Assembly (NCBI GenBank): GCA_963718525.1
Contig: OY970355.1
Span: forward strand, 1,600,001-1,664,000
Length of the DNA stretch: 64,000 nucleotides
Origin: Candidatus Dormiibacterota bacterium
Lineage (GTDB): Bacteria > Chloroflexota > Dormibacteria > Aeolococcales > Aeolococcaceae
Reading direction: 5' to 3'
Shown: in pieces, positions 39,595-48,801 of the stretch
How the letters are laid out: each line of letters starts with the position of its first letter
How positions within the stretch are numbered: the stretch's first letter is position 1
Notes under the pieces: model-generated
What the model was told of the DNA's origin: nothing
Seen by the model: only the letters and a program-made list of their open reading frames with translations
Database searches by the model: none
Translations under genes and position numbers: made by a program

Positions 39595-40548
39595 ATGTCG
39601 AGCACCCCGGCGTCCCTGGTTCTCTTCGGGATAGCGGTCGCCGCGTACACACTTGCCGTGGTTGCCTTCGTGCTGCACCTCGCCTTCCGCAAGCGGATCC
39701 TCGGCGACATCGGCATGGCGCTGGTGCTGATCGGCTGGCCCCTCCATTTCGCCTCGATCTTCACTCGCGCGCTCGAGGCCGGCCACTGGCCTCTCGGCAA
39801 CATGTACGAGTACTCGACCGGGATCGCATTCGTGATCGTCACCGTCTCGGTGATCCTCATGGTCCGGGCTCGCATGCGGCTCATCGGGCTGCCGGCGATG
39901 ATCGTCACGGTCGCGCTGATGGGTGTCGCATACATGCTGTACGTGCCCCCCGGGCAGCTGGTCCCGGCGCTCCACAGCTACTGGCTGACGATCCACGTGA
40001 CCTCGATGGCCACGTCCTCAGCGGTCCTGAGCTTCTCGTTCTTCTTCGGGATGGCGTACCTGGCGCGGCGCTGGGCCGACAACCGGCTGCTCGCCGTTGC
40101 GCCCGCGGCCGTACCGGCGAGCGTCAGCAGCGGCGGCGTGGCGACGATGACCATGGGGGGCGGCGGCTCAGGCGGCGGGTTCAGCACCGGGGGCGGCAGG
40201 CACCCGATGGCATCCTGGGTGCAGCGGGCGCTGCCGAATGCGGGAATGCTGGACGGCTGGAGCTACCGCTTCGTGATGATCGGATTTCCCATCTGGACGT
40301 TCGGGGTCATCTGCGGAGCCATCTGGGGCGAGCATGCCTGGGGCCGCTACTGGGGATGGGATCCAAAGGAGACGTTTGCGTTCATCACGTGGGTCGTGTT
40401 CGCGATCTACCTCCACGCGCGCGTGACCTACGGGTGGAAGGAGAAGCGGGCGGCGATCATCACGGCGTTCGGGTTCGCCGCCATCCTCTTCACGCTGTAC
40501 GCCGTCAACCTCTGGATCGCGGGGCTGCACTCGTACGCTCGCGCCTGA
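39595..40548 (+). CDS. ccsB: cytochrome c biogenesis protein CcsA/CcsB (ResC), system II
   Basis: GHWPLGNMYE, PALHSYWLTIHV, GAIWGEHAWGRYWGWDPKET (WWD domain), GLHSY. Confidence 0.93.
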   Translation: MSSTPASLVLFGIAVAAYTLAVVAFVLHLAFRKRILGDIGMALVLIGWPLHFASIFTRALEAGHWPLGNMYEYSTGIAFVIVTVSVILMVRARMRLIGLPAMIVTVALMGVAYMLYVPPGQLVPALHSYWLTIHVTSMATSSAVLSFSFFFGMAYLARRWADNRLLAVAPAAVPASVSSGGVATMTMGGGGSGGGFSTGGGRHPMASWVQRALPNAGMLDGWSYRFVMIGFPIWTFGVICGAIWGEHAWGRYWGWDPKETFAFITWVVFAIYLHARVTYGWKEKRAAIITAFGFAAILFTLYAVNLWIAGLHSYARA

Positions 40549-40551
40549 CAC

Positions 40552-40662
40552 GGCGTCACGGCCGGTCGGGTCCCAGGGTTCTCCGCCGTTGGTCTGGGGT
40601 CGAAACGTAAGGGAGCGCCGCATCAGCGCCGGACGATCCCGTCGAGTTGCAGGCGTGACGCC
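40552..40662. ncRNA. candidate structured RNA (long irregular hairpin)
   Basis: GGCGTCACG/CGTGACGCC terminal stem plus nested TCCG/CGGA and CGTTGGT/ATCAGCG stems; family not assigned. Confidence 0.3.
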
Positions 40663-40716
40663 ACGTTGTAGCGTGAGTGCCCAGCGCGCAGCGAAGAGGA
40701 AAAGACAGCGACGCGG

Positions 40717-40809
40717 CTAACCGCGGCGCGCCCACCTCGTCTTCTTCAGCATCTTCTTATGCTTGTGCTTGCGCATCTTCTTGCGCCGCTTCTTGATTAC
40801 CGAACCCAT
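40717..40809 (-). CDS. AURKAIP1/COX24-domain peptide (ribosomal protein bS22-like)
   Basis: MGSVIKKRRKKMRKHKHKKMLKKTRWARRG. Confidence 0.9.
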   Translation of the reverse strand: MGSVIKKRRKKMRKHKHKKMLKKTRWARRG

Positions 40810-40819
40810 CTGCCAACGA

Positions 40820-41314
40820 CTATAGCGGTCCGAGCCGCGCAAAGGCCTCCCGCAGATGCGCGGCGGTGGTCTCGAGGGCCTGGGGCAGCACCTTGACGTC
40901 GCCCAGCACAGGCATGAAGTTGGTGTCTCCGGACCAGCGCGGCACGACGTGGACATGGACGTGCTCGGCGCTCGCGCCCGCGGCGCTCCCCTGATTGACG
41001 CCGATATTGAAGCCGTCCGGGTGCATCACCCCGGTCAGCGCGCGGACGGCGCGTTGCGTTGCCGCAAACATCGCCCCTCCCTCCTCGGGCGTCAGCGTGA
41101 GCACTCCCGCCGCATGCCGTATCGGCACGACCATCAGATGTCCGCTCGTGTACGGATAGCGGTTCATCAGGATGAAGGCGAGATCGCCGCGGTCGACCAC
41201 CAGCGATGCATCGCCGGTGCCACTCGCTGCCGCACACAGGAAGCATCCTTCGCCGCTCTCCTGTGGGGTGCTCGACACGTAGGCCATTCGCCAGGGCGCC
41301 CAGAGATGCTTCAC
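40820..41314 (-). CDS. HIT-family protein (Ap4A phosphorylase/hydrolase-like)
   Basis: LWAPWRMAY, CFLC, NRYPYTSGHLMV, HVHVHVVPRW. Confidence 0.93.
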   Translation of the reverse strand: MKHLWAPWRMAYVSSTPQESGEGCFLCAAASGTGDASLVVDRGDLAFILMNRYPYTSGHLMVVPIRHAAGVLTLTPEEGGAMFAATQRAVRALTGVMHPDGFNIGVNQGSAAGASAEHVHVHVVPRWSGDTNFMPVLGDVKVLPQALETTAAHLREAFARLGPL

Positions 41315-41336
41315 GCCACGACGTTCGCCGACCGTC

Positions 41337-41783
41337 TCACGGTGAGAGCAGGGTCAGGGTCACGACGACATTGCCGCGAACGGCGTTCGAATACGGGCAG
41401 CGCTGTTCCGCCTCTTCGATCAGCGCCAGCGCCTGCTCCCGGTCGGCGAGCGAGGGAAGCGTGATCAGCAACTCGACCGCCAGGCCGAGACGCCCCGCCT
41501 CGATCCGTCCGATGCCGACGCGAGCAGTCACCGTCGCATCCTCGACCTCCAGGCCCTTGCGACGCGCGATCCCGAGCATCGCGTTCTCCCAGCACGCCGC
41601 AAAGCCGAGCGCGAAGAGCTGCTCCGGGTTCGTCCCGCGAGCTCCGTCGCCACCCATCTCCTTCGGCGACGTGAAGTCGACCTCGACGACGCCGTCGGAG
41701 GTGACTCCGTGGCCGCGACGCCCGCCTTTGACGGTTGCCTCGGCGGTGTAGAGGATTCGTGGACTGTGCTCGCTGTCGCTCAT
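41337..41783 (-). CDS. ohr: organic hydroperoxide resistance protein
   Basis: GGRRG, PKEMGG, TNPEQLFALGFAAC, CPYSNAVRGN. Confidence 0.92.
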   Translation of the reverse strand: MSDSEHSPRILYTAEATVKGGRRGHGVTSDGVVEVDFTSPKEMGGDGARGTNPEQLFALGFAACWENAMLGIARRKGLEVEDATVTARVGIGRIEAGRLGLAVELLITLPSLADREQALALIEEAEQRCPYSNAVRGNVVVTLTLLSP

Positions 41784-41872
41784 GATTTCTCCGAATCACC
41801 GCGGACGTGATCAATCCATCTTATGGATGGCGGTCCCCACGATGATCGCTCGGTCCCACCGGACCCAGATGG

Positions 41873-42907
41873 TCAGACGGTGACCGCGATCTTGGTGCGC
41901 ACCTGGTCCGAGAAATGACAGGCGGCGAGATGCCCGGCGGCTTTGAGCTCGAGCGGCGGTTCGACGTCGGCGCACACGCCCGGAACCTGCGCGATGGGAC
42001 AGCGGGTGTGAAAACGACATCCCGACGGCGGGTTCAGCGGCGACGGGATCTCGCCCGAGAGCTCGACCAGCCTGCGCTTCGATTCAATGCGCGGATCGGG
42101 GACGGGAATCGAGGAGAGCAGTGCTCGCGTGTACGGATGTTCCTGCGAGGTGTACAGATCCTCGCTCGGCGCCACCTCGACGATCTTGCCGAGGTACATC
42201 ACCATGACTCGATTGCTGATGTGCCGGACCACGGAAAGGTCATGCGCGATGAAGAGATACGTGAGTTGGAACTCGCGCTGGAGATCCTCGAGCAGGTTGA
42301 TGATCTGCGCCTGGATGGAGACGTCGAGCGCTGACACCGGCTCGTCGCAGATGATCAACTTTGGGTTCAGCGCCAATGCGCGGGCGATCCCGATGCGCTG
42401 TCGCTGACCACCACTGAACTCATGCGGATAGCGGTTGTTGAAGTAGGGGTTCAGCCCAACGGTGCGGAGCAGCTCCTGCACTCGCGCGTCCTTCGCTCGC
42501 CCGCTGATCATCTTGAAGTTGACCAGGGGCTCGGCGATGATGTCGCCAACCGTCATGCGCGGGTCGAGTGATGCATACGGATCCTGGAAGATCATCTGCA
42601 GCTGCTTGCGCTGCTGGCGCAATTTCTCGCTGCGCAGCTTGGTGATGTCGACGCCGTCGAGGTAGACCTCGCCTGAGGTCACCGGGAGGAGTTGAGTGAT
42701 CAGTCTGCCGAGCGTCGACTTGCCACATCCGGACTCGCCGACGAGGCCGACCGTCTCGCCCGGGAGGATGTCGAAGCTCACTCCGTCGACGGCTTTCACC
42801 GACGAACCAACTCCTGCGCCGAAATACTTCACCACGTTGACCACACGGAGCAGCGGTTCGACAGCGGGCACGACGCGCGCCGCCGGGGCGGCGACCGTGT
42901 CAGTCAT
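41873..42907 (-). CDS. oppF: oligopeptide ABC transporter ATP-binding subunit
   Basis: GESGCGKST, FSGGQRQR, DEPVSALD, PSGCRFHTRC. Confidence 0.93.
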   Translation of the reverse strand: MTDTVAAPAARVVPAVEPLLRVVNVVKYFGAGVGSSVKAVDGVSFDILPGETVGLVGESGCGKSTLGRLITQLLPVTSGEVYLDGVDITKLRSEKLRQQRKQLQMIFQDPYASLDPRMTVGDIIAEPLVNFKMISGRAKDARVQELLRTVGLNPYFNNRYPHEFSGGQRQRIGIARALALNPKLIICDEPVSALDVSIQAQIINLLEDLQREFQLTYLFIAHDLSVVRHISNRVMVMYLGKIVEVAPSEDLYTSQEHPYTRALLSSIPVPDPRIESKRRLVELSGEIPSPLNPPSGCRFHTRCPIAQVPGVCADVEPPLELKAAGHLAACHFSDQVRTKIAVTV

Positions 42908-44003
42908 TGACAACATCGCCTATCGCCGCGGGCACCTCGGCGGCGGGGAGGGTGCGCCTACCCGGATGCACACCGCTTGCAGCGCCGGGGCTCGTGTCCG
43001 TGATGGTGCCGGCGCCCATCTCCGCGTACGCGCGCTCCATGGTCACCCAGCAGGCTGCGTGCTGCGCGGGGGCGACCTGTTCGATCGGCGGCGATTCGCT
43101 GAAGCAGCGCTCGACGCGGAACGGGCAGCGCGGGTTGAACTTGCAGCCTTGAGGCAGGTCGATGAGATCCGGTGGAAGTCCCTCGATGGAGAGTAGACGA
43201 TGCCCACGACTTGCATCGATGCGCGGTACCGAGCGCAGCAGCGACCACGTGTAGGGATGCTGCGGCCGCTCGAAGATCTGCTCGGCTGTTCCTTCCTCGA
43301 CGATCTCGCCGGCGTACATGACGAGCACGCGCTTGCACAGACCGGCCACAACGCCGAGGTTGTGCGTGATGAGGATGATCGCGGCGCCGGTCTGCTCGTT
43401 GAGGTCGCGGAGTAACTCGAGGATCTGTGCCTGCACGGTCACGTCGAGCGCGGTGGTCGGCTCATCAGCGATCAACAGGTCGGGCTTGTTGGAGAGCCCC
43501 ATGGCGATCATGGCGCGCTGGCGCATCCCGCCACTGAACTGGTGGGGGAAGTCGTTGATACGGCGCTCGGCATCCGAAACGCGCACCTGTCTGAGCAGAT
43601 CGATGCCGCGCCGCCGGACATCATCTTTGGGGATCTTGTCGTGGGCGTACATCGCCTCGTCGATCTGGTAGCCGACGCGCAGCACCGGGTTCATCGAGCT
43701 GAGCGGATCCTGAAAGATCATCGCGATGTCACGCCCACGGATGTTGCGCAACTCTTCCTTGGTGAACTTCAGCAGATCGCGTCCCTTGAACATGATCTCG
43801 CCGCCGACCACCTTGCCCGGTCGCTGGACGAGACCGAGGACCGACATGGCCGTGACGCTCTTGCCGCAGCCGGACTCACCGACGATGCCGAGGGTTTCGC
43901 CCGGCGACACACTGAAGCTGACGCCTCGAACGGCCTTGACCTCCCCGTCATCGGTGAAGAAGTGCGTGCTGAGGTTGCGAACCTCGAGGATCGGATCCGT
44001 CAC
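42900..44003 (-). CDS. oppD: oligopeptide ABC transporter ATP-binding subunit
   Basis: GESGCGKS, FSGGMRQR, DEPTTALD. Confidence 0.93.
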   Translation of the reverse strand: MTDPILEVRNLSTHFFTDDGEVKAVRGVSFSVSPGETLGIVGESGCGKSVTAMSVLGLVQRPGKVVGGEIMFKGRDLLKFTKEELRNIRGRDIAMIFQDPLSSMNPVLRVGYQIDEAMYAHDKIPKDDVRRRGIDLLRQVRVSDAERRINDFPHQFSGGMRQRAMIAMGLSNKPDLLIADEPTTALDVTVQAQILELLRDLNEQTGAAIILITHNLGVVAGLCKRVLVMYAGEIVEEGTAEQIFERPQHPYTWSLLRSVPRIDASRGHRLLSIEGLPPDLIDLPQGCKFNPRCPFRVERCFSESPPIEQVAPAQHAACWVTMERAYAEMGAGTITDTSPGAASGVHPGRRTLPAAEVPAAIGDVVND

Positions 44004-44905
44004 CGACGCTGTCGCGGGTCGAAGGCGTCTCGCAGGCCGTCGCCGAGGAAGTTGAACGCAAGCAGAGTGATCGAAAGCGCAATCGCCGGCCAGAGCATCA
44101 TGTATGGCTCCAAGGGGAGTGCAGCATACCCCTCAGAGGCGATCGATCCCCAGGAGGCAAGCGGGCTCGGGATACCCAGGCCGAGATAGCTGAGGAAGGC
44201 CTCGGTCAGGATCGCGATCGGGATGACGAAGGTCGCCTGCACGATGATCGGCCCGAGGGCGTTCGGGAGGATGTGCCCGAACAGGATCTTGCCCGATCTG
44301 GCGCCGCTCGCCCGTGCCGCCTCGATGTATTCCCGTTCGCGGATGCTGAACGCCTGCCCGCGCACCAACCGGGCCATGTCCATCCAGGCGGTGGCGGAGA
44401 TGGCGATCATGATGTTGAGCAGGCCGCGTCCAAGGACGAGGTACAGGATGATGGCGACGAGAATGCCGGGGATCCCGTAGAAGATGTTGATGAAGACGCT
44501 GATCACGTTGTCGATCCATCCCCGAAAATAGCCGGCAACGAGGCCGACGACGACCCCGACCGTGAGCACGATCAACGACGTCCCGACGCCGACGATCAGG
44601 GAGATCTGTGCTCCCTGCATCATGCAACTCAATAGGTCGCGTCCCAGGTCATCGGTGCCGAGCAGGTGCGCCGCCGAAGGGGCCTGGAAAGTGAGCGTAT
44701 CGGGAAGGATGGTCGCAGGGTTGTACGGCGTCCAGAAGATCGCGACCACTGCGAATAGCAAGAGGGCCGTCAGATAGACGAGGGCCACGAGGGCGAGCCG
44801 GTTGCGGCGGAGGCGCCGGAAGCCGTCGCGCCAGAGACCCACCTGTTCCCGGGCGATGGTGCCGCCAGCATATTCCTGGAGGATCGGAGCCTCGATCGTG
44901 GCCAT
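44000..44905 (-). CDS. oppC: oligopeptide ABC transporter permease
   Basis: LLGTDDLGRD, EYIEAARASGA (EAA motif), GDGLRDAFDP. Confidence 0.93.
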   Translation of the reverse strand: MATIEAPILQEYAGGTIAREQVGLWRDGFRRLRRNRLALVALVYLTALLLFAVVAIFWTPYNPATILPDTLTFQAPSAAHLLGTDDLGRDLLSCMMQGAQISLIVGVGTSLIVLTVGVVVGLVAGYFRGWIDNVISVFINIFYGIPGILVAIILYLVLGRGLLNIMIAISATAWMDMARLVRGQAFSIREREYIEAARASGARSGKILFGHILPNALGPIIVQATFVIPIAILTEAFLSYLGLGIPSPLASWGSIASEGYAALPLEPYMMLWPAIALSITLLAFNFLGDGLRDAFDPRQRR

Positions 44906-45862
44906 CAGTATCGAATCCTTGGATCAACGACTGTATAGAGCAGATCGACAACGAGGTTGGCGATGCCGATCAGGAGCGCATAGACCGTGAACACCGCCAC
45001 CGTGATGTTGTAGTCGGCCTGAAGGATGCTCTCCACGAACTCCTTGCCCAGCCCGGGAATGCCGAAGATGTTCTCGATGATGACGCTGCCGGTGATGATG
45101 CTGATGACCAGCGGTCCGAGGATGCTGATCACCGGGATCAGCGCGTTGCGCAACGCATGCCGGACGGTGACGACGCGGCTCTTCAGACCCTTCGCCCTCG
45201 CAGTGCGGATGTAGTCCTGCTGGAGCACCTCGAGCATGGCCGCCCGGGTGATCCTCGTGACCTGGCCCGAGGTGTAGAAGCCAAGGATGATCGCGGGCAA
45301 CGACAGCTCGAGGATCGTCCCATACGTTCCTGACCATTCGGCGGGGTACGAGATCACACCGTTCGTGACCGTCGGCAGCCAGTAGCTGAAGATGAGAACA
45401 CCCAGCCCGGCAAGTACGAAGCTCGGCACACTGTAGCCCACGACCGCAATCGAGGTGAGCGTGTAGTCAACCCAGCTGTTCTGGCGGATTGCGGCGAGAA
45501 CCCCAAAGGTCGTTCCCAGGCCGATCGTGATCAGAAGCGCCGTCCCGCCGAGCTCGGCGCTGACACTGAGCTCGCGCATGACGACGGGCGTGATGGGCAA
45601 TCCGCGAATCTGAAATGAGAACTCCGAGATTGCCGTGGATGGCGTTGGTGAAGAAGCTCCAGTACTGCACCAGGATCGGTCTGTCAAGACCGTACTCATG
45701 CAGCACCAGTTGCAGCGCCTTGCCGTGGACCTTCTCACTCTCGAACGCGCTGCCGGGAAGGCTGTGGACGGTGATGAAGACCAGAAACGACACGACGATC
45801 AGCGTGAACAGGATCAACGCCAATCGCTGCGCGATGTAGATCAGAGTTCCCCGGGTCAGCAT
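44905..45862 (-). pseudogene. oppB: oligopeptide ABC permease OppB with a single frameshift near 45622 (possibly assembly error)
   Basis: N-terminus ...YGLDRPILVQY...HGNLG continues as FSFQIRG in another frame; C-terminal DYIRTARAKG, DPRIRY. Confidence 0.85.
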
Positions 45863-45891
45863 CTGCTGCTCCTCCGTCCGAGGGAAAGGCG

Positions 45892-45922
45892 TAAGGCGCC
45901 CGGCTCGGTGCCGGGCGCCTTA
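45892..45922 (-). terminator. intercistronic stem-loop after oppA
   Basis: TAAGGCGCCCGGC-TCGGT-GCCGGGCGCCTTA, perfect 13-bp stem. Confidence 0.75.
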
Positions 45923-45946
45923 TATTCAGGTTGTGTCGGGAACCTC

Positions 45947-47737
45947 TCAGTGAGAGAGGATCTTGATCCCGTCCCAGTAGTGGTCGAATGCGGCGTTCGA
46001 ACCGGCTCCGCTGACATACGGCTGAATCAGGAAGTTGCTTACCGAGTAGTACAGCGGGATGTAGACGACGTTGCTCTGAAGGATTTGCCCGAGCTGCATG
46101 TACAGCGGCAGCGCGGTGGTGACCGACTCGGCGTCCGCCGTCTTCAGGGTGCTGTCGTATGTGGCGTTGTCCCATCCGGTGGCGTTGAGACCATCTGCTG
46201 TCGAAATGGATCCCCAGAGGTTGTCGTACCAGTCCTGCGGATGGTTGTAGTCGAATTGCCACCCTTCGCGTGACATCATGTACTTGCCGGCCAAGTAGCT
46301 GCTGATGAAGATCGACGCGTCCGAGACAGAGTTCAGCGTGACGTTGACGCCCAGGTTGGTCTTCCACTCGTTCTGCAGATATTCGGCTGCGCTCTCGTTG
46401 AGGCTACCGGCGTTGTACGAGTAGATGATGTGCGCCGTGAGCGATCCGGTGGGATCGTACTGCTTCAGCAGTGACTTCGCCTGGACCGGGTCGAATTTCG
46501 CCAGCGGGTCGCTGTTCGCCCCGCCGTTGCCGATCAGGCCGGCGGTGATCAGGCCGCCGGTTGCCGCCGAGCAGATCAGGTTGTGGCACACGGTGGTTGC
46601 CAACCCCTGCTTATCGACCGCGAGGTCGAAGGCCATGCGCAGACCTGTTGCCGCAGCCCCCGTGCCGAGGAACGGCCCACCCGTCGCCGGATAGCCGATG
46701 TTGAAACCCACCCATGTGGTGCGCCCCTTGGCCTTGGTGAGCAGGTCCGGCGCTTCCCTCGAGTTCGCTTTGACCGCAAGGATATTGGCGAGCGGTATGA
46801 GTGCGCTGTCGCCGCCGTATCCGATGATGTCGTAGCCCTTCTGGAAGAAAGCGTCCACGGTCGTCGGAGCCGTCGACGGATCCTTGATATCGATATTGAT
46901 CGTCTGCAGCGTCGGCTTCGGAGAACCCCACCAGTTCGGCACCACGGAGAACGTCATCGATTGCTTGGGGACGTAGGAGGAGAGCTTGTAGGCACCGGTG
47001 CCGACGAGATTCGCGGGCGTCTGCCACCAGTTCACGGGGTCGACGCCAGGCGCCTCGATGGCCTTCTGATCAACGATAGCGCCGGACGTGCTCTCGAGTG
47101 TCCACGCGGTGAGGCACCAGCCGCACGCTCCGCTGAGCTTGATCTGCACGGTCTCAGGGTCGATGGCGGTCAAGCCGCTCATCATGAAAGCGGGGTTACC
47201 CGCCTTGAGTTGCGTCTCAATGTTGCCCTGGAACGTCGTCGGCGTACCCGATGTTGGTGCGGCGCCTGCGGCCTTCTGCACCGCCGAGTAGCCCTGAACC
47301 TTGGCCAGGTTTGATGCGTATCCGCCTTGAAGCGCTGCGGCACGGTTCCAGGAGTACAGCACGTCCTTGGACGTGACCGCATCTCCGTTTGAGAACTTCG
47401 CCGCCGGGTTCAGATGGACGGTATATGTCAGACCATCGGCTGAGATCCCGCCGTTGGCCTGCGTCGGCACCGCAGTCGAGATGTCGGGAACGATGTTCAG
47501 GTTGTTGTCGAAACGCCAGAGATTATCGAACACGTTTTGCATGAGCTCGGAGTCGACCTCGGCAGTGATCTCACCGGGATCGAATGTTCCAGGGTCCTGG
47601 AACACGGGGAAATGCAAGACCTGTGCACTCGCTAGAGTGCTCGTGGAGGGAGTGCTCGTGCTCCCGCACGCGGCGGCGGTGAGCAGGCCCAGCACGCCCA
47701 ACCCAATGCCACCGATGGTGAATTTGTTGACTCGCAA
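45947..47737 (-). CDS. oppA: oligopeptide ABC transporter substrate-binding lipoprotein
   Basis: lipobox TAAAC, ISADGLTYT, FSNGDAVTSKDV.YSW, GTGAYKL. Confidence 0.92.
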   Translation of the reverse strand: MRVNKFTIGGIGLGVLGLLTAAACGSTSTPSTSTLASAQVLHFPVFQDPGTFDPGEITAEVDSELMQNVFDNLWRFDNNLNIVPDISTAVPTQANGGISADGLTYTVHLNPAAKFSNGDAVTSKDVLYSWNRAAALQGGYASNLAKVQGYSAVQKAAGAAPTSGTPTTFQGNIETQLKAGNPAFMMSGLTAIDPETVQIKLSGACGWCLTAWTLESTSGAIVDQKAIEAPGVDPVNWWQTPANLVGTGAYKLSSYVPKQSMTFSVVPNWWGSPKPTLQTINIDIKDPSTAPTTVDAFFQKGYDIIGYGGDSALIPLANILAVKANSREAPDLLTKAKGRTTWVGFNIGYPATGGPFLGTGAAATGLRMAFDLAVDKQGLATTVCHNLICSAATGGLITAGLIGNGGANSDPLAKFDPVQAKSLLKQYDPTGSLTAHIIYSYNAGSLNESAAEYLQNEWKTNLGVNVTLNSVSDASIFISSYLAGKYMMSREGWQFDYNHPQDWYDNLWGSISTADGLNATGWDNATYDSTLKTADAESVTTALPLYMQLGQILQSNVVYIPLYYSVSNFLIQPYVSGAGSNAAFDHYWDGIKILSH

Positions 47738-47826
47738 GACGCGATCCTCCCGTTATGGCTGACGCCGCCCTGGTTCAGGTTTAGCCTTTTCTTCTGAACC
47801 AGCCCCACATCGCGTGAGGCGACCGG

Positions 47827-47921
47827 ATCATAACAACTCGCAGGAGCCGATGCCGCCGAAGCGACCGTTTTTCATCCCGTTGGGGGACGCCTTTCAGCGA
47901 AACTCGTCCCGCTGGGGGATG
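47827..47921 (-). promoter_or_regulatory. oppA promoter with two upstream palindromic boxes
   Basis: extended -10 TGT-TATGAT (47827-47835); CATCCC-N5-GGGACG at 47873-47889 and CGTCCC-N5-GGGATG at 47905-47921. Confidence 0.5.
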
Positions 47922-47970
47922 CCGCGCCGGCTCGCGATCGCCGCGGGCGGTTCGCCCGGGACGCTCCCGG

Positions 47971-48043
47971 TGGAGCCAGGGGGGCTCGAACCCCCGACCT
48001 CTTGCATGCCATGCAAGCGCTCTTCCAGCTGAGCTATGGCCCC
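47971..48043 (-). tRNA. tRNA-Ala(GGC)
   Basis: GGGGCCATAGCTCAGCTGGAAGAGCGCTTGCAT-GGC-ATGCAAGAGGTCGGGGGTTCGAGCCCCCCTGGCTCCA; CCA not encoded. Confidence 0.96.
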
Positions 48044-48215
48044 GCGCCATGGTACCGGGCACACGCTGCTCGCTGCGAGTGACACGACTGTGGGATTGCA
48101 GTCCGTGAATGGGTCGATTGCGGCTGCGAGCTTGAGTATCGGACAATGACTGCGCCAGGATGGCGCTGCGATTTTGGTCGCAGTGACTGCCGCAGCCTTA
48201 TCTCCAGGAGACCTC

Positions 48216-48719
48216 ATGCCCGACGCAGCGGCCGCACTCGACAGAGACCCGGCGTCGGGCCCCAATTCGCCAATCGTCCAGGCGGCCCAGCGGCTCGTGA
48301 CCAGGATCGAGGCGCTCGTGACCCAGGTCGCGGAACTGAAGGCGGACAACGCCGCGCTCCGGCGCGAGGTGCGCGAGGCGCTTGTCCTGATCGATCGAGC
48401 CGGCGACGCCGCCGCCCCGCCGAGAGTGCCGCGGCGAGCGGCTGCTCCCGCTGCAAGGCACGCCAAGGGGCGGCGCCGGGGACGGGGGCCGAAGGGCCGG
48501 GCCACGCCCGCTTCGGTGACTCCCGACATCGTGCTGGCCACCATCGGCAAGCTCGGGTCGGCGTCGGCTTCGGAGATCGCCAAGGAGTTGAGCGGTCTCG
48601 GTGACCAGGTGTCCGGCCGCGCAGTCCGCTGGCTTGCGGAGCGGGCGGGTGCGGCGACGGTTGTCGGCGACGACGGACAGCTGAGGTACCGGCTGCCGAA
48701 CACGCCGCGTCCTCGCTGA
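48216..48719 (+). CDS. hypothetical coiled-coil plus winged-helix DNA-binding protein
   Basis: heptad segment LVTRIEALVTQVAELKADNAALRREV; basic linker KGRRRGRGPKGR; HTH-like SASASEIAKEL..VSGRAVRWL with beta-wing. Confidence 0.7.
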   Translation: MPDAAAALDRDPASGPNSPIVQAAQRLVTRIEALVTQVAELKADNAALRREVREALVLIDRAGDAAAPPRVPRRAAAPAARHAKGRRRGRGPKGRATPASVTPDIVLATIGKLGSASASEIAKELSGLGDQVSGRAVRWLAERAGAATVVGDDGQLRYRLPNTPRPR

Positions 48720-48801
48720 CGCCTCGCCGACATAGGCGCGATCCGCGAAATGACTTCGAAGTGGCTTGCTTTAGTGACCTGCTGGAGCTACACTTCCGTG
48801 A

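Noticed and set aside
38860-48100. Prophage or integrative element between or next to the two tRNA-Ala genes
   Set aside because: No integrase, transposase or phage genes, and no duplicated tRNA 3' end seen; the intervening genes are housekeeping
48753-48762. Perfect palindrome ACTTCGAAGT upstream of comEA
   Set aside because: A single 10-bp palindrome can arise by chance; no second copy noticed
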